From Hamiltosporidium tvaerminnensis FI-OER-3-3 (taxonomy: Eukaryota; Fungi; Microsporidia), in contig JAKIMF020000013.1 in assembly GCA_022605425.2 (NCBI GenBank), positions 744,001 through 808,000 of the forward strand: 64,000 nt of DNA, given 5' to 3'. The stretch's first letter is position 1; every line of letters begins with the position of its first letter. Under the pieces are notes generated by a model. That model was given only the letters and a program-made list of their open reading frames with translations. It did no database searches and had not been told where the DNA came from. Below, piece by piece: positions 39,316 to 49,693 of this stretch. A program made the translations under genes and the position numbers.

Positions 39316-40008
39316 TTGATAAATATTACGGATTTTTTATAAACATAAAATGTTATATTTGTTTTCATGACATTAACGCAGTTCTAGGTTTAACATAAAT
39401 AACTACCTCATCCTCCCAACATTCCATCTGTATCCATCAGATATATACACTTCAAATATTTTCATCATAAGAAGCATAACACCACTTACATAGAGAAGTA
39501 CTTGATACACTTTTTTATGCCAATTTCTCGGTGTATGATTGCAGGCAGACACCCATCTTGGCCTACCCTAAGACCAACATTATTCCCACTTACTCTATTT
39601 TTTGCGAGCCAGGAAAAAGCCAAAGAAAAATTTATTAGTGATTCATATGGAGCGAATCTAGACGCTACAATCTCTTACGAAAGGTATAGCTTCTACTTCG
39701 TTTTCTTGCATTTAATTAACTCTATCCATGCATCTTTTAGAGCTGATCTAACCGATTTAAGGTAGATGGGTGCATTCTCATGCCTTATATAGTAATTAGC
39801 AATAAATTAATTGTGGTTTGAAATCTAGTTAATAAAAAAAACTAGAAACCAATTTTGTAAACAAATCCACTTTTATCGAATTCCACTAAAAAAACTCAAA
39901 TTTAAGTTTGTTTTTTCATTTCACTAAAAATTCAAGCAATGGTTGTCCAAATTATTCACCCAATAATTGCCAAGCAGATAGTTTTTTTTGGCTATCCATG
40001 TTACTTTG
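39316..40008 (-). mobile_element. Family B element, diverged full-length copy B3
   Basis: 39351-39404 is 52/54 identical to 42647-42700; other anchors are ATTCCCACTTACT (~39582) and TTGCCAAGCAGA.AGTTTTTT...GG.TATCC (~39967-39997), collinear with B2. Confidence 0.75.
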
Positions 40009-40229
40009 ACTAAGTAATTTATTAAAAAAATATCCATTTTATTGAGTTAGGATGATTATAATTTTAAGACATGACCGCATTTTAGTCCTTTTTAAAATTA
40101 TTTTAAATATTTCGTTTAAAACGTAATTTTTTCTATTAAAATAAAATAATTTTTAAATAAAAGAATGAAATTATCAAAATAATTGTCTGGTGAATAACAA
40201 ACAAAATGTAATAATTATCCACTCATTTG

Positions 40230-40475
40230 TAACTTTTATATTTTCTCTTATTTTTTATATTTTCTCTTACATTTCTTACATTTCTTACATTTCTTACATT
40301 TCTTACATTTCTTATTTTCTTACAGTTTTTATATTTCTTATAGTTTTTATATTTCCTATGTTTCTTACATTTCTTACATGTCTTGTAGTTCTTATATTTC
40401 TTATATTTCTTATATTTCTTATATTTCTTATTTTCTTACAGTTTTTATATTTTTTATATTTCCTATGTTTCTTAT
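40230..40475. repeat. 9-bp minisatellite (ATTTCTTAC / ATTTCTTAT)
   Basis: (ATTTCTTAC)4 at 40271-40306 and ATTTCTTAT units from ~40396, with degenerate units around them. Confidence 0.9.
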
Positions 40476-40607
40476 AGTTAGAAATTAGTGATCTATTGAA
40501 CTTTACTTTGTATGTAAAATATTTTTAAAACTCCTTATTGTTAACATATATGTGAGACATTATTTTTCTTTAATATCTTAAAGATATGTAAAACAAACAC
40601 CCCTTGC

Positions 40608-42581
40608 ATGGATCCTTTAGATTTATTTTTTAAAAATTTAAAAAAAAATATTTCAAATAAAAAAGATGAAAATAATTTTCATACAGAAATTGAAGTCTCT
40701 TCTGAACATGAAGAGATAAAATTAGAAAAAACTGATATGAAAAGGAACAGAAATAATATTCAAGCCATTATTGAACTGAAATCTTTACATGATATTGATA
40801 ATTATAAAACTAAAAATATTATTTCTTCTGCGATGTACAGAAAAAAAAATAATATTTCATTTTTGGGGTCAAAAAATATTTTACCGATTTTTAATTTTGA
40901 AAGTTTAAATATTCCTTTTAAGTTTTTGGATATTTTGAATTCTAAAAAAATATTTCGACCAACACCGATACAATCACAGGTGATTCCCATCCTTTTATCA
41001 TGTAATAATGTAGTTGGGGTGTCGGAAACAGGGACAGGTAAAACTCTTGCATATGGTATTCCTGTAATATTGTTTGCTAATACATTTAAAGAATTATCTA
41101 CTATAATATTGACTCCTACGCGTGAACTGTGCATACAAATTTATGAAAATATAAAATTATTTGCTAGACCGTACAACTTAAATGTCTGTTCGTTTTATGG
41201 TGGAACTTATTTACTGAATGATCTTAAAAAGATTAAGAAAAATCCAAATATTGTGATTGCTACACCAGGCAGACTTATAGACATTATGAAGACAAATAAA
41301 GGAAAATATTTCAATGTCTCAAATGTAAAGACACTGATCATCGATGAAATTGATAGAATGATTGATTTTGGTTTTTTACCTCAAATAAATCAAATTATCT
41401 CAAATATCAAAAATACAGATTTAAAAAAGGCGGAGAATCTTAACAATCCAAATTTTAGAAAAGATACAAATTCAGTCGATTGTAAAAATACAAATTTTAA
41501 AAAATTTGAAGATTTACATCGCAGTTCATTTGTTGTAGGCGCCTTTTCGGCTACGACCTCGTATAAAGTGAATTCCTTTATGTTAAAAAACTTTAAAAAT
41601 ATTTTTAGTGTCACCGTTGGTAAAAAATATTTATCCCTTCCAACCGCAATAACTCATTTTATTTTTATATTAAAAAAAACCGACAAATTTTCTAAATTAC
41701 TTTCATTTCTAAACCAAAACCAAATTAAAGAAGATTCTAAAAATGATGAATCTTTCTTGATATTTGTCAATAAAAAAGAGACTTCCGAAGATTTGTCTCA
41801 AAAATTGAATAATTTAGGTTATCTTACACTTTCCTTAAATGGAAATAAAGATCAAAATGATCGAGAAAGTATTATTAATAATTTTAGAAATAAAGTTTGC
41901 AATATTTTAATTTCTACTTCTTTGTGTTCGAGAGGATTGGATATTGACGGGTTAAAAAATGTTATAAATTACGACTGTCCTCAGACAAAAGAAGATTTTG
42001 TTCATCAAGTAGGTAGAACAGGTAGATTTATGGAAGGAAAAGCATATACTTTTACATGTGAAGAAGAAAGGAAATTCAGTGTAAATATTTATGAAGTTTT
42101 GAACCAAAATGACTGTATCGATATAGAAGAGGTAAATGACTTAAATAATATGGAATGTACAAATGAGTGTGGTATAGTTGGTAGAATAGAAAATGGAATA
42201 GAACTAGGAAAAGTTGAAAATCTTGATAAATTAGAAGGTAAACCGAATATAAAGGTTTATGGATTCAATAATCTTAGATATTTTGTTGAAGAATATTTAG
42301 ATTTAATTGAAAAGGGGGAAGAAACGATATTTAAAGGATACAAAGGCCGCGGATTAAATAAACTCACAAGCCAATTAGAAGGCAAAAAAAGAGTAGAAAC
42401 GCGGATCATGAAAAATGAAATTTGTAACGAAAATGAAAATTTTGTATTTGAAAGTAAAATAGAGACAAATAACAAAGTTTCAATGATTAAAAAGATTGTA
42501 AATGAAATGGCAGTGAAAGTATCAGAAACATTACCTGACACTAAGGATAAATACGATGATAGTAAAAGAATTAAAAAATAG
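40608..42581 (+). CDS. PRP5: DEAD-box RNA helicase, Prp5/DDX46-like pre-spliceosome ATPase
   Basis: Q motif PTPIQ, I SETGTGKT, Ia PTRELC, Ib TPGRL, II DEID, III SAT, V SRGLD, VI HQVGRTGR. N-terminal DPLD and C-terminal GYKGRGL (cf. Prp5 GFGGKGL) point to Prp5. CCC lies 4 nt before ATG. The DEAD-box call is certain; the subfamily call is less so. Confidence 0.78.
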   Translation: MDPLDLFFKNLKKNISNKKDENNFHTEIEVSSEHEEIKLEKTDMKRNRNNIQAIIELKSLHDIDNYKTKNIISSAMYRKKNNISFLGSKNILPIFNFESLNIPFKFLDILNSKKIFRPTPIQSQVIPILLSCNNVVGVSETGTGKTLAYGIPVILFANTFKELSTIILTPTRELCIQIYENIKLFARPYNLNVCSFYGGTYLLNDLKKIKKNPNIVIATPGRLIDIMKTNKGKYFNVSNVKTLIIDEIDRMIDFGFLPQINQIISNIKNTDLKKAENLNNPNFRKDTNSVDCKNTNFKKFEDLHRSSFVVGAFSATTSYKVNSFMLKNFKNIFSVTVGKKYLSLPTAITHFIFILKKTDKFSKLLSFLNQNQIKEDSKNDESFLIFVNKKETSEDLSQKLNNLGYLTLSLNGNKDQNDRESIINNFRNKVCNILISTSLCSRGLDIDGLKNVINYDCPQTKEDFVHQVGRTGRFMEGKAYTFTCEEERKFSVNIYEVLNQNDCIDIEEVNDLNNMECTNECGIVGRIENGIELGKVENLDKLEGKPNIKVYGFNNLRYFVEEYLDLIEKGEETIFKGYKGRGLNKLTSQLEGKKRVETRIMKNEICNENENFVFESKIETNNKVSMIKKIVNEMAVKVSETLPDTKDKYDDSKRIKK

Positions 42582-42608
42582 TTTATTAATGTTGGAACAA
42601 TCATTTTA

Positions 42609-43333
42609 TTTAAAAGTATCACATCTTTTTTTAAACCAGTGGCAAGTGTTATATTTGTTTTTATGACATTAACGCAGTTCTAGGTTTAACATAAATGACT
42701 GCTACCCCAACACTCCATCGGTAACCCCTGCGATACCTACGTCCCAAAGCCTTTCATCTACCAGGTGTGTAGAACCTAATTACTAGGCGAGGCAGTTGCC
42801 CGGAGTTCGTTAATGTCCGTTGCATGGAGTGTGATCGAAGGCCGAGGCCCTCCCTGGGCTCCCCCAAGACTATGCAGCATTCCCACTTACTTTACACTTT
42901 CTGAACCCAATAAACTTCTAGCTAAGATATATTTCAGAGATTTACATGGGGTCCACCTAGACAGTGCAATGTCATACCAACAGGTATAACCTGCTACTTA
43001 GCTCTCCCGGCTTTATTGGTTTTTTGTTTTATATCTCCCAGGCGCTAAGTCTTCTAACCCGAGTGAGCAAGGCTAGGTTTCCATGCTTTTACATGGCAAT
43101 TACCTACATTTCAGCTGCGGTCTGCAATCTGGTTACATAAAAAACTACAAATAAATTTGTAGAAAAAGTTTCTCCATTTCTTAGACCTCTCCTCCTCATA
43201 ACAACTCCCATGGAACAACCGAAGATGTAGTGTGGTTTTATTCCCACCAAAAATCCAAACAATGATCTCACACCAGTTTCACACACTCATTGCCAAGCAG
43301 AAAGTTTTTTATGTGGTTATCCTCCCTCCACTT
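42609..43333 (-). mobile_element. Family B non-coding retroposed element, best-preserved full-length copy B2 (725 bp)
   Basis: Perfect 13-bp flanking direct repeat AACAATCATTTTA (42596-42608 and 43334-43346); three homologues in the window; no long ORF; many local inverted repeats. Orientation inferred from the 5'-truncated copy B1 and the AAATAAA end. Confidence 0.85.
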
Positions 43334-45481
43334 AACAATCATTTTAAATTATATATTTGTAATTAAATTAAATTTTTCCTAGGATTAACAATTTTTCATT
43401 ATTTTAGTTCACGATTTATCTGTTAAAAAACTGCTTGTTATATCAAATCACAAATTACTTGAATTTATACCAAAACAAAGATAGAAATTAATTAAACGAT
43501 TTAACTATGGCTGTTTTAAATGTAATAGCATACTACTATATATCAATGGTTCATTCAACCTGGCATTATCAATATTAAATACCAGTTTTGCTTCCAAATG
43601 CTAATTATTCGATTTGCTTCTTGCAGCAGTATTACCTGAAAAGCCATATAAAGTTAAGAATTGAAGTATTATAAAACTCAAAATGATTTCCATACAACAC
43701 TTGGTATAAAAAAAGTCGAGCAACTATAGTGCAGGGTCTTTTTTGTTTAAGATGATGCGGAGACAATACAGGCGATTTTACAAATAATATGTAATGTAGC
43801 CAACTTATAGCCTCGGAAGATTGGTTTATAATGATATTAATTGTTTTATCAATAAAATAATCTTCAGAGTAAATTTTGCCTTCTGGAAATGCTATTCACA
43901 AGGTAATAATACAAATTTTTCGTGCTTAATCATATTTTAAGCATTAACTAATCTCTTAAGTAATTCGAATGGTTGTCTTGCAAATATAATGAAGCAGAAA
44001 CTATGGTTGGCAATATGATCATAAAACTTTAAAATGTTCCGATGAATGTAATATTTTACACTTTTTTCTGTATGCCAGAGATAATCTGCGAATATCAAAA
44101 TGTTTGTTAATTATGTACTTTTAAATTCTGCATTCATTAGGAGTAGAAAAAACATTTTTCAGAATAAAAGAAGATTCAAACGTGAATTTGCGCTGATTAG
44201 AATGGTACATTCAGAGGCATGACGGTTAATATGTTATTTTAAAGAATATGATAAATTTAAACTCAGAGAAAAAAAATGACACTCTATATAAATGCCCTTG
44301 CTTTGTATAAAAACAAAATAAATCTTGATTATTTTTACGAGTAATCATTTTCTGGTACATATTGAACTCATTGTATTTATTAAGTATTTAATATTTTTGA
44401 ATATACGAAAATCTGAACAGCTGATTTAATGTATATTATTAATAGTATCGCATAAAAACACATATGAATGATTATATTTACTTCTTTTGGTTATATTGCT
44501 AATGAAAATAGCATATAAACGCTATATAATTTCATAAGGATATAGATTATGTTTAGGACATCTCCAACAAAAAACTATTTTACAAATTCTATTAAATTAG
44601 ACGAAGAAACAGAGAGAAGAGTGTTTTGTTTTTATAAGGCAATATAAATAAAAACAAATTTTTGAATATAAAATATTGGCTTATTTTTATATTGAATGCA
44701 TTTTTCTGCTTTGAAACTGCGAGATTCAACAATAATATTTAAATGACTACCGCGAAAAGAAATTTGCTCTGGAAATGTATAACAACATTTTTTACCACGA
44801 TTTTTAGTTCATGAGTTTTTTTTTAATAACTAAACTTTTAAATAACTTGATTTTAGCTTTCATATACTTGACATATGTTCATAAAATTGTCAATTCATTC
44901 TCAAATCTGCACATAAAACAGAGTTTATAATTGACATTCCATTTTTTTATTTTAAATTATCATATAACAAATATAAAGATTTGTTTAGATAGAACCAACG
45001 GCTATTTTAGAATAATATTTTGCTGCTAAAAAATACTTAAAGAAATCCTACGGTAAAAGGAGAAAGAAAGACCCTATGGACACAAACAATTATGAATCAA
45101 ACACAAAAACAAAATTATAAATTTTTTTATTACGAGATAGATAAAATATAAACATAATAAAAGTAAGAATCGTTTGATAGGATATATAAAATAATAAAAT
45201 CATGTTATACTTGCAACTATCAAAATTTCGATTGGAACATCTTTGGGTTATTTAACATTCTTCGCTAAATATTTGAAATTAACGAGTGCTTGGTTTTAAT
45301 TTTTTTCTTTCAATAGAATTCAAGAAGTTATACTTTTATAACAAGTCGAATATATAGGAAAAATCATAGCTAAAATATAGCAAAAAGGTATTTATTTGGT
45401 CGGATATTATTATACATTGTTTGTCATAAATATTATATCACCTAGTATCGTTTATAAACAAATAAAGTAAATTCCTAACTA

Positions 45482-45920
45482 TTATTTACATATTTGATTT
45501 AATCTAGGTTAACAAATTTTCTATCATTTATAAAATTTCTTTAACTGTTTTAATCGCTACTTTCTCTTCTTCTATATCTGACTCTTCTCTTATGTTTATT
45601 GTCGGTTTCTCGGCCGTGGATATGTTCCAAAACATGAAATAGTATGTCATTTGCCTTATTCTTGTTTACCATCCTTTCCCCTCTATATTCACTTGTGCTT
45701 AAAGAGTATGTTAGTTGTTTATGGAATCTCAGCTCTTTCAATAACACCTTAATGCCATTCTCGACCTAAACAAAGCCTTATTCGTAGGTCAAAAGAAATT
45801 GTTCGGACTGTCTTCTTGTGCACTATCGACTGAATTTTGTCTCTACATTCATGAGTATATATAGTCTTTAAAACATGTCATATGGTATTTTGTCACAATA
45901 TTGTTTCCAGTTATAACATA
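45482..45920 (-). mobile_element. Old, diverged 3' fragment of a related RLE retrotransposon subfamily
   Basis: Minus strand ATTGTGACAAAATACCAT...ATGAATGTAGAG...AAGAAGACAGTCCGAACAATTTCTTTTGA...GAAGAGTCAGATATAGAAGAAGAG matches the C-terminal coding region of 30391-34152. Confidence 0.85.
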
Positions 45921-46514
45921 ACTCTAATACCATAGTAAAGGCTTTAAAAAATTGTTTCGAAGGTGTGATACTTTAAGAAACCATATTCACACTCTTAATT
46001 TACAATCAAGATTTAAACGAATTTCATTTTAAATAAATTGTTGTTGAAATAGCGCAAGAATTTTTTTTATTAAAATTCAGAATCGTAAAATACACAAATA
46101 AGTGCTCCATGTCGTCTTTTTTTTTAATTTATAAAAAATTTCTAGTAGTAAATATTTTAGAAAAATAACCACAATATATAATATAAAGCTTATATATAGG
46201 GGCATGAAGGAATACCACTACGATAAGGAAAATCCTGAGCAAATTTTTGTATCATTTTAATTTTAAAACAAACACGCAATATTTTTTTTATTCAAATTCC
46301 GAATAAATGTAAATTATTTGGCCGTACGAATTTTTTAGCCGTTAATAATTTTGGTCTCAGGGATTTATACAACAGAGCTCCATAGGAAAACTTGATGTAT
46401 TATATAATTTACTAAATTCGAATTTCATCGGCGATCCTGGTCATTCCAATACAAGTAAACCTATTTCGAATCCTGATTCTTTTAAACCTGATTTTATTTT
46501 AAAAAGGCAATGTT

Positions 46515-46749
46515 CATTCATCCTCGGCACTACAGCTTTATACGAGCCTTGGCTTCCCTCGGCAATACCGCCCTACAAGTCTCTTTCCAGAGAGTTCGTT
46601 TACTTTTTCGGTTTCGTAACAACGTGGTTTTAAAGGGTAGGTTGTTAGCCATAGCCCAACCCAAATCCGGAGAACCAGCCTAGTTAGTCGCCTCCTACGA
46701 CAAGCAGAGAATACTCCAAGCCAATTCTACTCCCGGCATGGAGGGGATA
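46515..46749 (-). mobile_element. Family A element, best-preserved copy A2
   Basis: TSD AAAAA(G/A)GCAATGTT at 46501-46514 and 46750-46763 (13/14); ends GCCAAGGCTCGTATAAAGCTGTAGTGCCGAGGATGAATG. Confidence 0.87.
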
Positions 46750-47629
46750 AAAAAAGCAATGTTACGATATTAAAACTATAATACTAACCTTTTCATTACA
46801 AAGAACAGTACTTTAAATATATTTGAATTACAAACCACAACATCATAGAAAGCTTTGATAAATTGGCCAAGCTAGCGATAATAAAATTTAAAACGTTGTT
46901 CGAGATTTTCTAAGTAGAAATCAGGAAAAATAACTTTCTGAAACATATTATTTTTATAAACTTTTCTCTATATTAATACAATTAAAAAACCTATTTTTTT
47001 AAGCTGAACCATAAATGGTATGTAGTCTAGAAGAAAATAATATATCTCTAATGTTAGGTAAACTTAATAAAACTTTTGTGCTCATTTGTAAAGTTTGAAA
47101 GATGTTCCAAATAAAACCATAAATACAATATAAATCTTTCATACAGCTAATATGTATATATTAATACTTTCTTTAAAACAGATTAGACAAATATGTGTAA
47201 TTTTTCTCATATAATATTAAAATATATAGTCTGTATTAGTGTAATTAACACTTGATATCCGCGTATAAAGTCTGATATCAATTATAAAGAAACTCGAAAA
47301 TATCAACAAATAAAAACCATCGGCAAACGTGTTCCAGCAATATTTGCGTCGAGGACATATGAGATATATAACTCCATATTGAAATCTTTTTTCAATACAG
47401 ATATTCTATTACCAAAATAAAAGATATATATCGATATATAGGTCTTTGATTCAGGATGAATTAAAATTTAGTTTATTATCTTGATGTTATATGTCTGATT
47501 ATGCATTAAAAAAAATTTTCTTCGTTGCTGAAATCAAGAACTATCCTATAATTAACATATGGATGAAGAGAGTGTCTTTGAAGAACTTTATAAATTAATT
47601 GAAAAAGTAAAAGTTCACTGTTATACTTT

Positions 47630-48320
47630 AATGTAAAAACATCCACCTTTTACACAACTAGAACATATGATATTGTTTTCATGGTATTGATGCAGTTCTA
47701 AATATTACACATAACAGCTCTCCAATACTCAAAAGTATCTTTTAGACACTCAAATACACAATTATTTCACCAAAAGATGTAAAGAACTAAAATAACGGGA
47801 CAGACATTTGCTCGGTGGTGTGATCGCAAGTCGAAATCTGGTTGGGATTGACAAGACATGCAACATTATCCACTACTCTACGCTTAATAAACCTAGTAAA
47901 CTTTCAGTTAAAATATATCTTTATAAATTAAATGTGGTTCATCTAGAAGTTGCACCGTCATGCAAATATTCATAACCCGGAAGTTAGCATTCTCGGTTTT
48001 GAAGGGTATGCTTTTGTTCGTATCTAACAAGCACCGAGTCTTTTAACAGAAGTGAAAAAAGCTAGGTTTCTATGACTTTAACATGGAAATCAAATAAAAT
48101 TAAATCTAGTGTCGCACTATACTTACATACAATTCTATAAAGTAAGTTTTGAGAAAACAAATCACCGTTTTATAGTCCACACTTCTTCATAACAATTCTT
48201 ATGTAGCAACAGAAAACCAGGTTTTTTCATTCTACGAAATGCTACAGCATTGAATTGACTTGCATTTCATAAAATTATTTCTAACCAAAAGATGTACGAT
48301 GTTCCCATCCTCTCTCTACC
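47630..48320 (-). mobile_element. Family B element, diverged full-length copy B4
   Basis: Collinear anchors with B2: ATATTGTTTTCATGG.ATT.A.GCAGTTCTA (~47670), GTGTGATCG (~47818), TAAACTTTCAGTTAAAATATAT (~47897), GCTAGGTTTC.ATG..TT.ACATGG (48061), ATCCTC.CTC.AC (~48307). Confidence 0.72.
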
Positions 48321-48495
48321 AAAGTAAAAACACATAATTAGATGCAATGATATTGCAAGATTATACATACAGCACAACTGAAAAAACAAAAAAATTGTGA
48401 AATGCAAAAAAATTGTTTTTAATATAAAAATCGAATTTTCAAGCCAATAAAAATTTACATGAAAAAAATTGTTAAAAAGTAAAAAATAAAGTTGA

Positions 48496-48725
48496 CCTAT
48501 CATGCCGGGAGCATACTGTCTTGAATATTCTCTGCTTGTCGTTAGCAGCGACTAACTTAGACTAGTTCTCTAGGTCGCGCAATGGCCTAACAACTCACTT
48601 TTATAACCACCCTGTTATGAAACTTAAAAATGTAAACAAAGGTACTGGAAAAAGGCCAGTTGGCAGTATTGGGGAAGAAGGGGGGGCAAGGCTCGTGCAG
48701 ATATGTAGTGCCGAGGATGAATAAT
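48496..48725 (+). mobile_element. Family A element, copy A3
   Basis: CATGCCGGGAG...TATTCTCTGCTTGTCG..CGACTAA...CAAGGCTCGT..TGTAGTGCCGAGGATGAAT; flanking AAAAATAAAG at 48482-48491 and 48728-48737. Confidence 0.82.
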
Positions 48726-49693
48726 TGAAAAATAAAGCATCTATGCATTGCAAATAACCATAAGGTTTAGTCTCAAAAAATAAGTTAAATGTATCAGAAG
48801 TATTTTTTTTCAGAGTGTAGTGAATTTTCATAATATACCGATAGAATCCAAGCTTGTAATTTGTCTCGTTTGATTTCTCAATTTTTAATTATTATATCCA
48901 AATATTTTTTTACAAATTTTTAATATTTGCTCGCAAAAAAGTATCATAAATATTTCTCAAAATTCTAACTAATTCTTGAAATTGTCAATAAATTCATGCA
49001 AATGTAAATTTTATTATTAATAAACAAAATGTCTTAAAGCAGGAATAAATGATTCATGATATTTGTCGTAATATCATTGATGAATACCCATCGGTTAAAT
49101 TTAATACAAACCATCAAAGCATTTAGTTCTTTAAAATGAAAAATTATCGGTAGGTCAAACTGCATTTTTATAATATTTTACAAGTATTGAAATTGATCTA
49201 AATTATCTTTATACACATTTGAAATAAAAATCTCGGTAATATTCATTAAGATTAAATTAATTATAATTTATAAGCATTTGTAGCATGTAATTCTTTAATT
49301 TTAAACGAATAGACGAGTTAATAAGATTGCACAAAAGTAATTGTATTGCAGCGGCACCAAATACGTAATTAAACCATTAATATATAATTGAAATTACCAC
49401 ATGTCGCCTTCAAAAAGTAATATCTTTTATATTCAGAATTCAATAATGCTATTTTTATTCTTATATTTCAAAGTCCTAATCAAAGAAGAATTTCAGAGCG
49501 AATTTCTGTTTCATTTGAAATTTAGACCCGATATGCAAATTACCTATGACTTGTTTTAATATCCGAAAATTATACTAAAAATATAGAAAATTGATTTAAT
49601 ACAAAATAAATTTGCAAAATGAAGGATTTTATTTTTTTTAAGTTATTAAATTCTAATACAATTACAAAAACATAGGTATTTTTTTCAGATTGT

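Noticed and set aside
40190-40477. 95-aa hydrophobic ORF (ISY/LIF repeats)
   Set aside because: Non-ATG start; a by-product of a stop-free frame through the 9-bp minisatellite.
42790-42995. Group I intron-like words in family B (TCAGAGACTACA in the reverse complement of B1; AAGATATA)
   Set aside because: The S-like word precedes rather than follows the R-like word, P7 pairing fails in B2, and a 13-bp TSD does not fit an intron.
42988-43013. Group II intron domain V-like AAGCCGGGAGAGCTAAGTAGCAGGTT (minus strand)
   Set aside because: Too short, lacks the AC bulge and GNRA loop, is not near the element 3' end, and there is no GUGYG 5' end.
43052-43062. CTAACCC as a possible telomerase RNA template
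   Set aside because: Only 7 nt, on the strand opposite the inferred transcript, and not conserved in B3/B4.
49675-49693. TSD for the 49694-51413 copy (TTTTTTCAGATTGT vs TTTATGCTGATGT)
   Set aside because: Too many mismatches to distinguish from chance.
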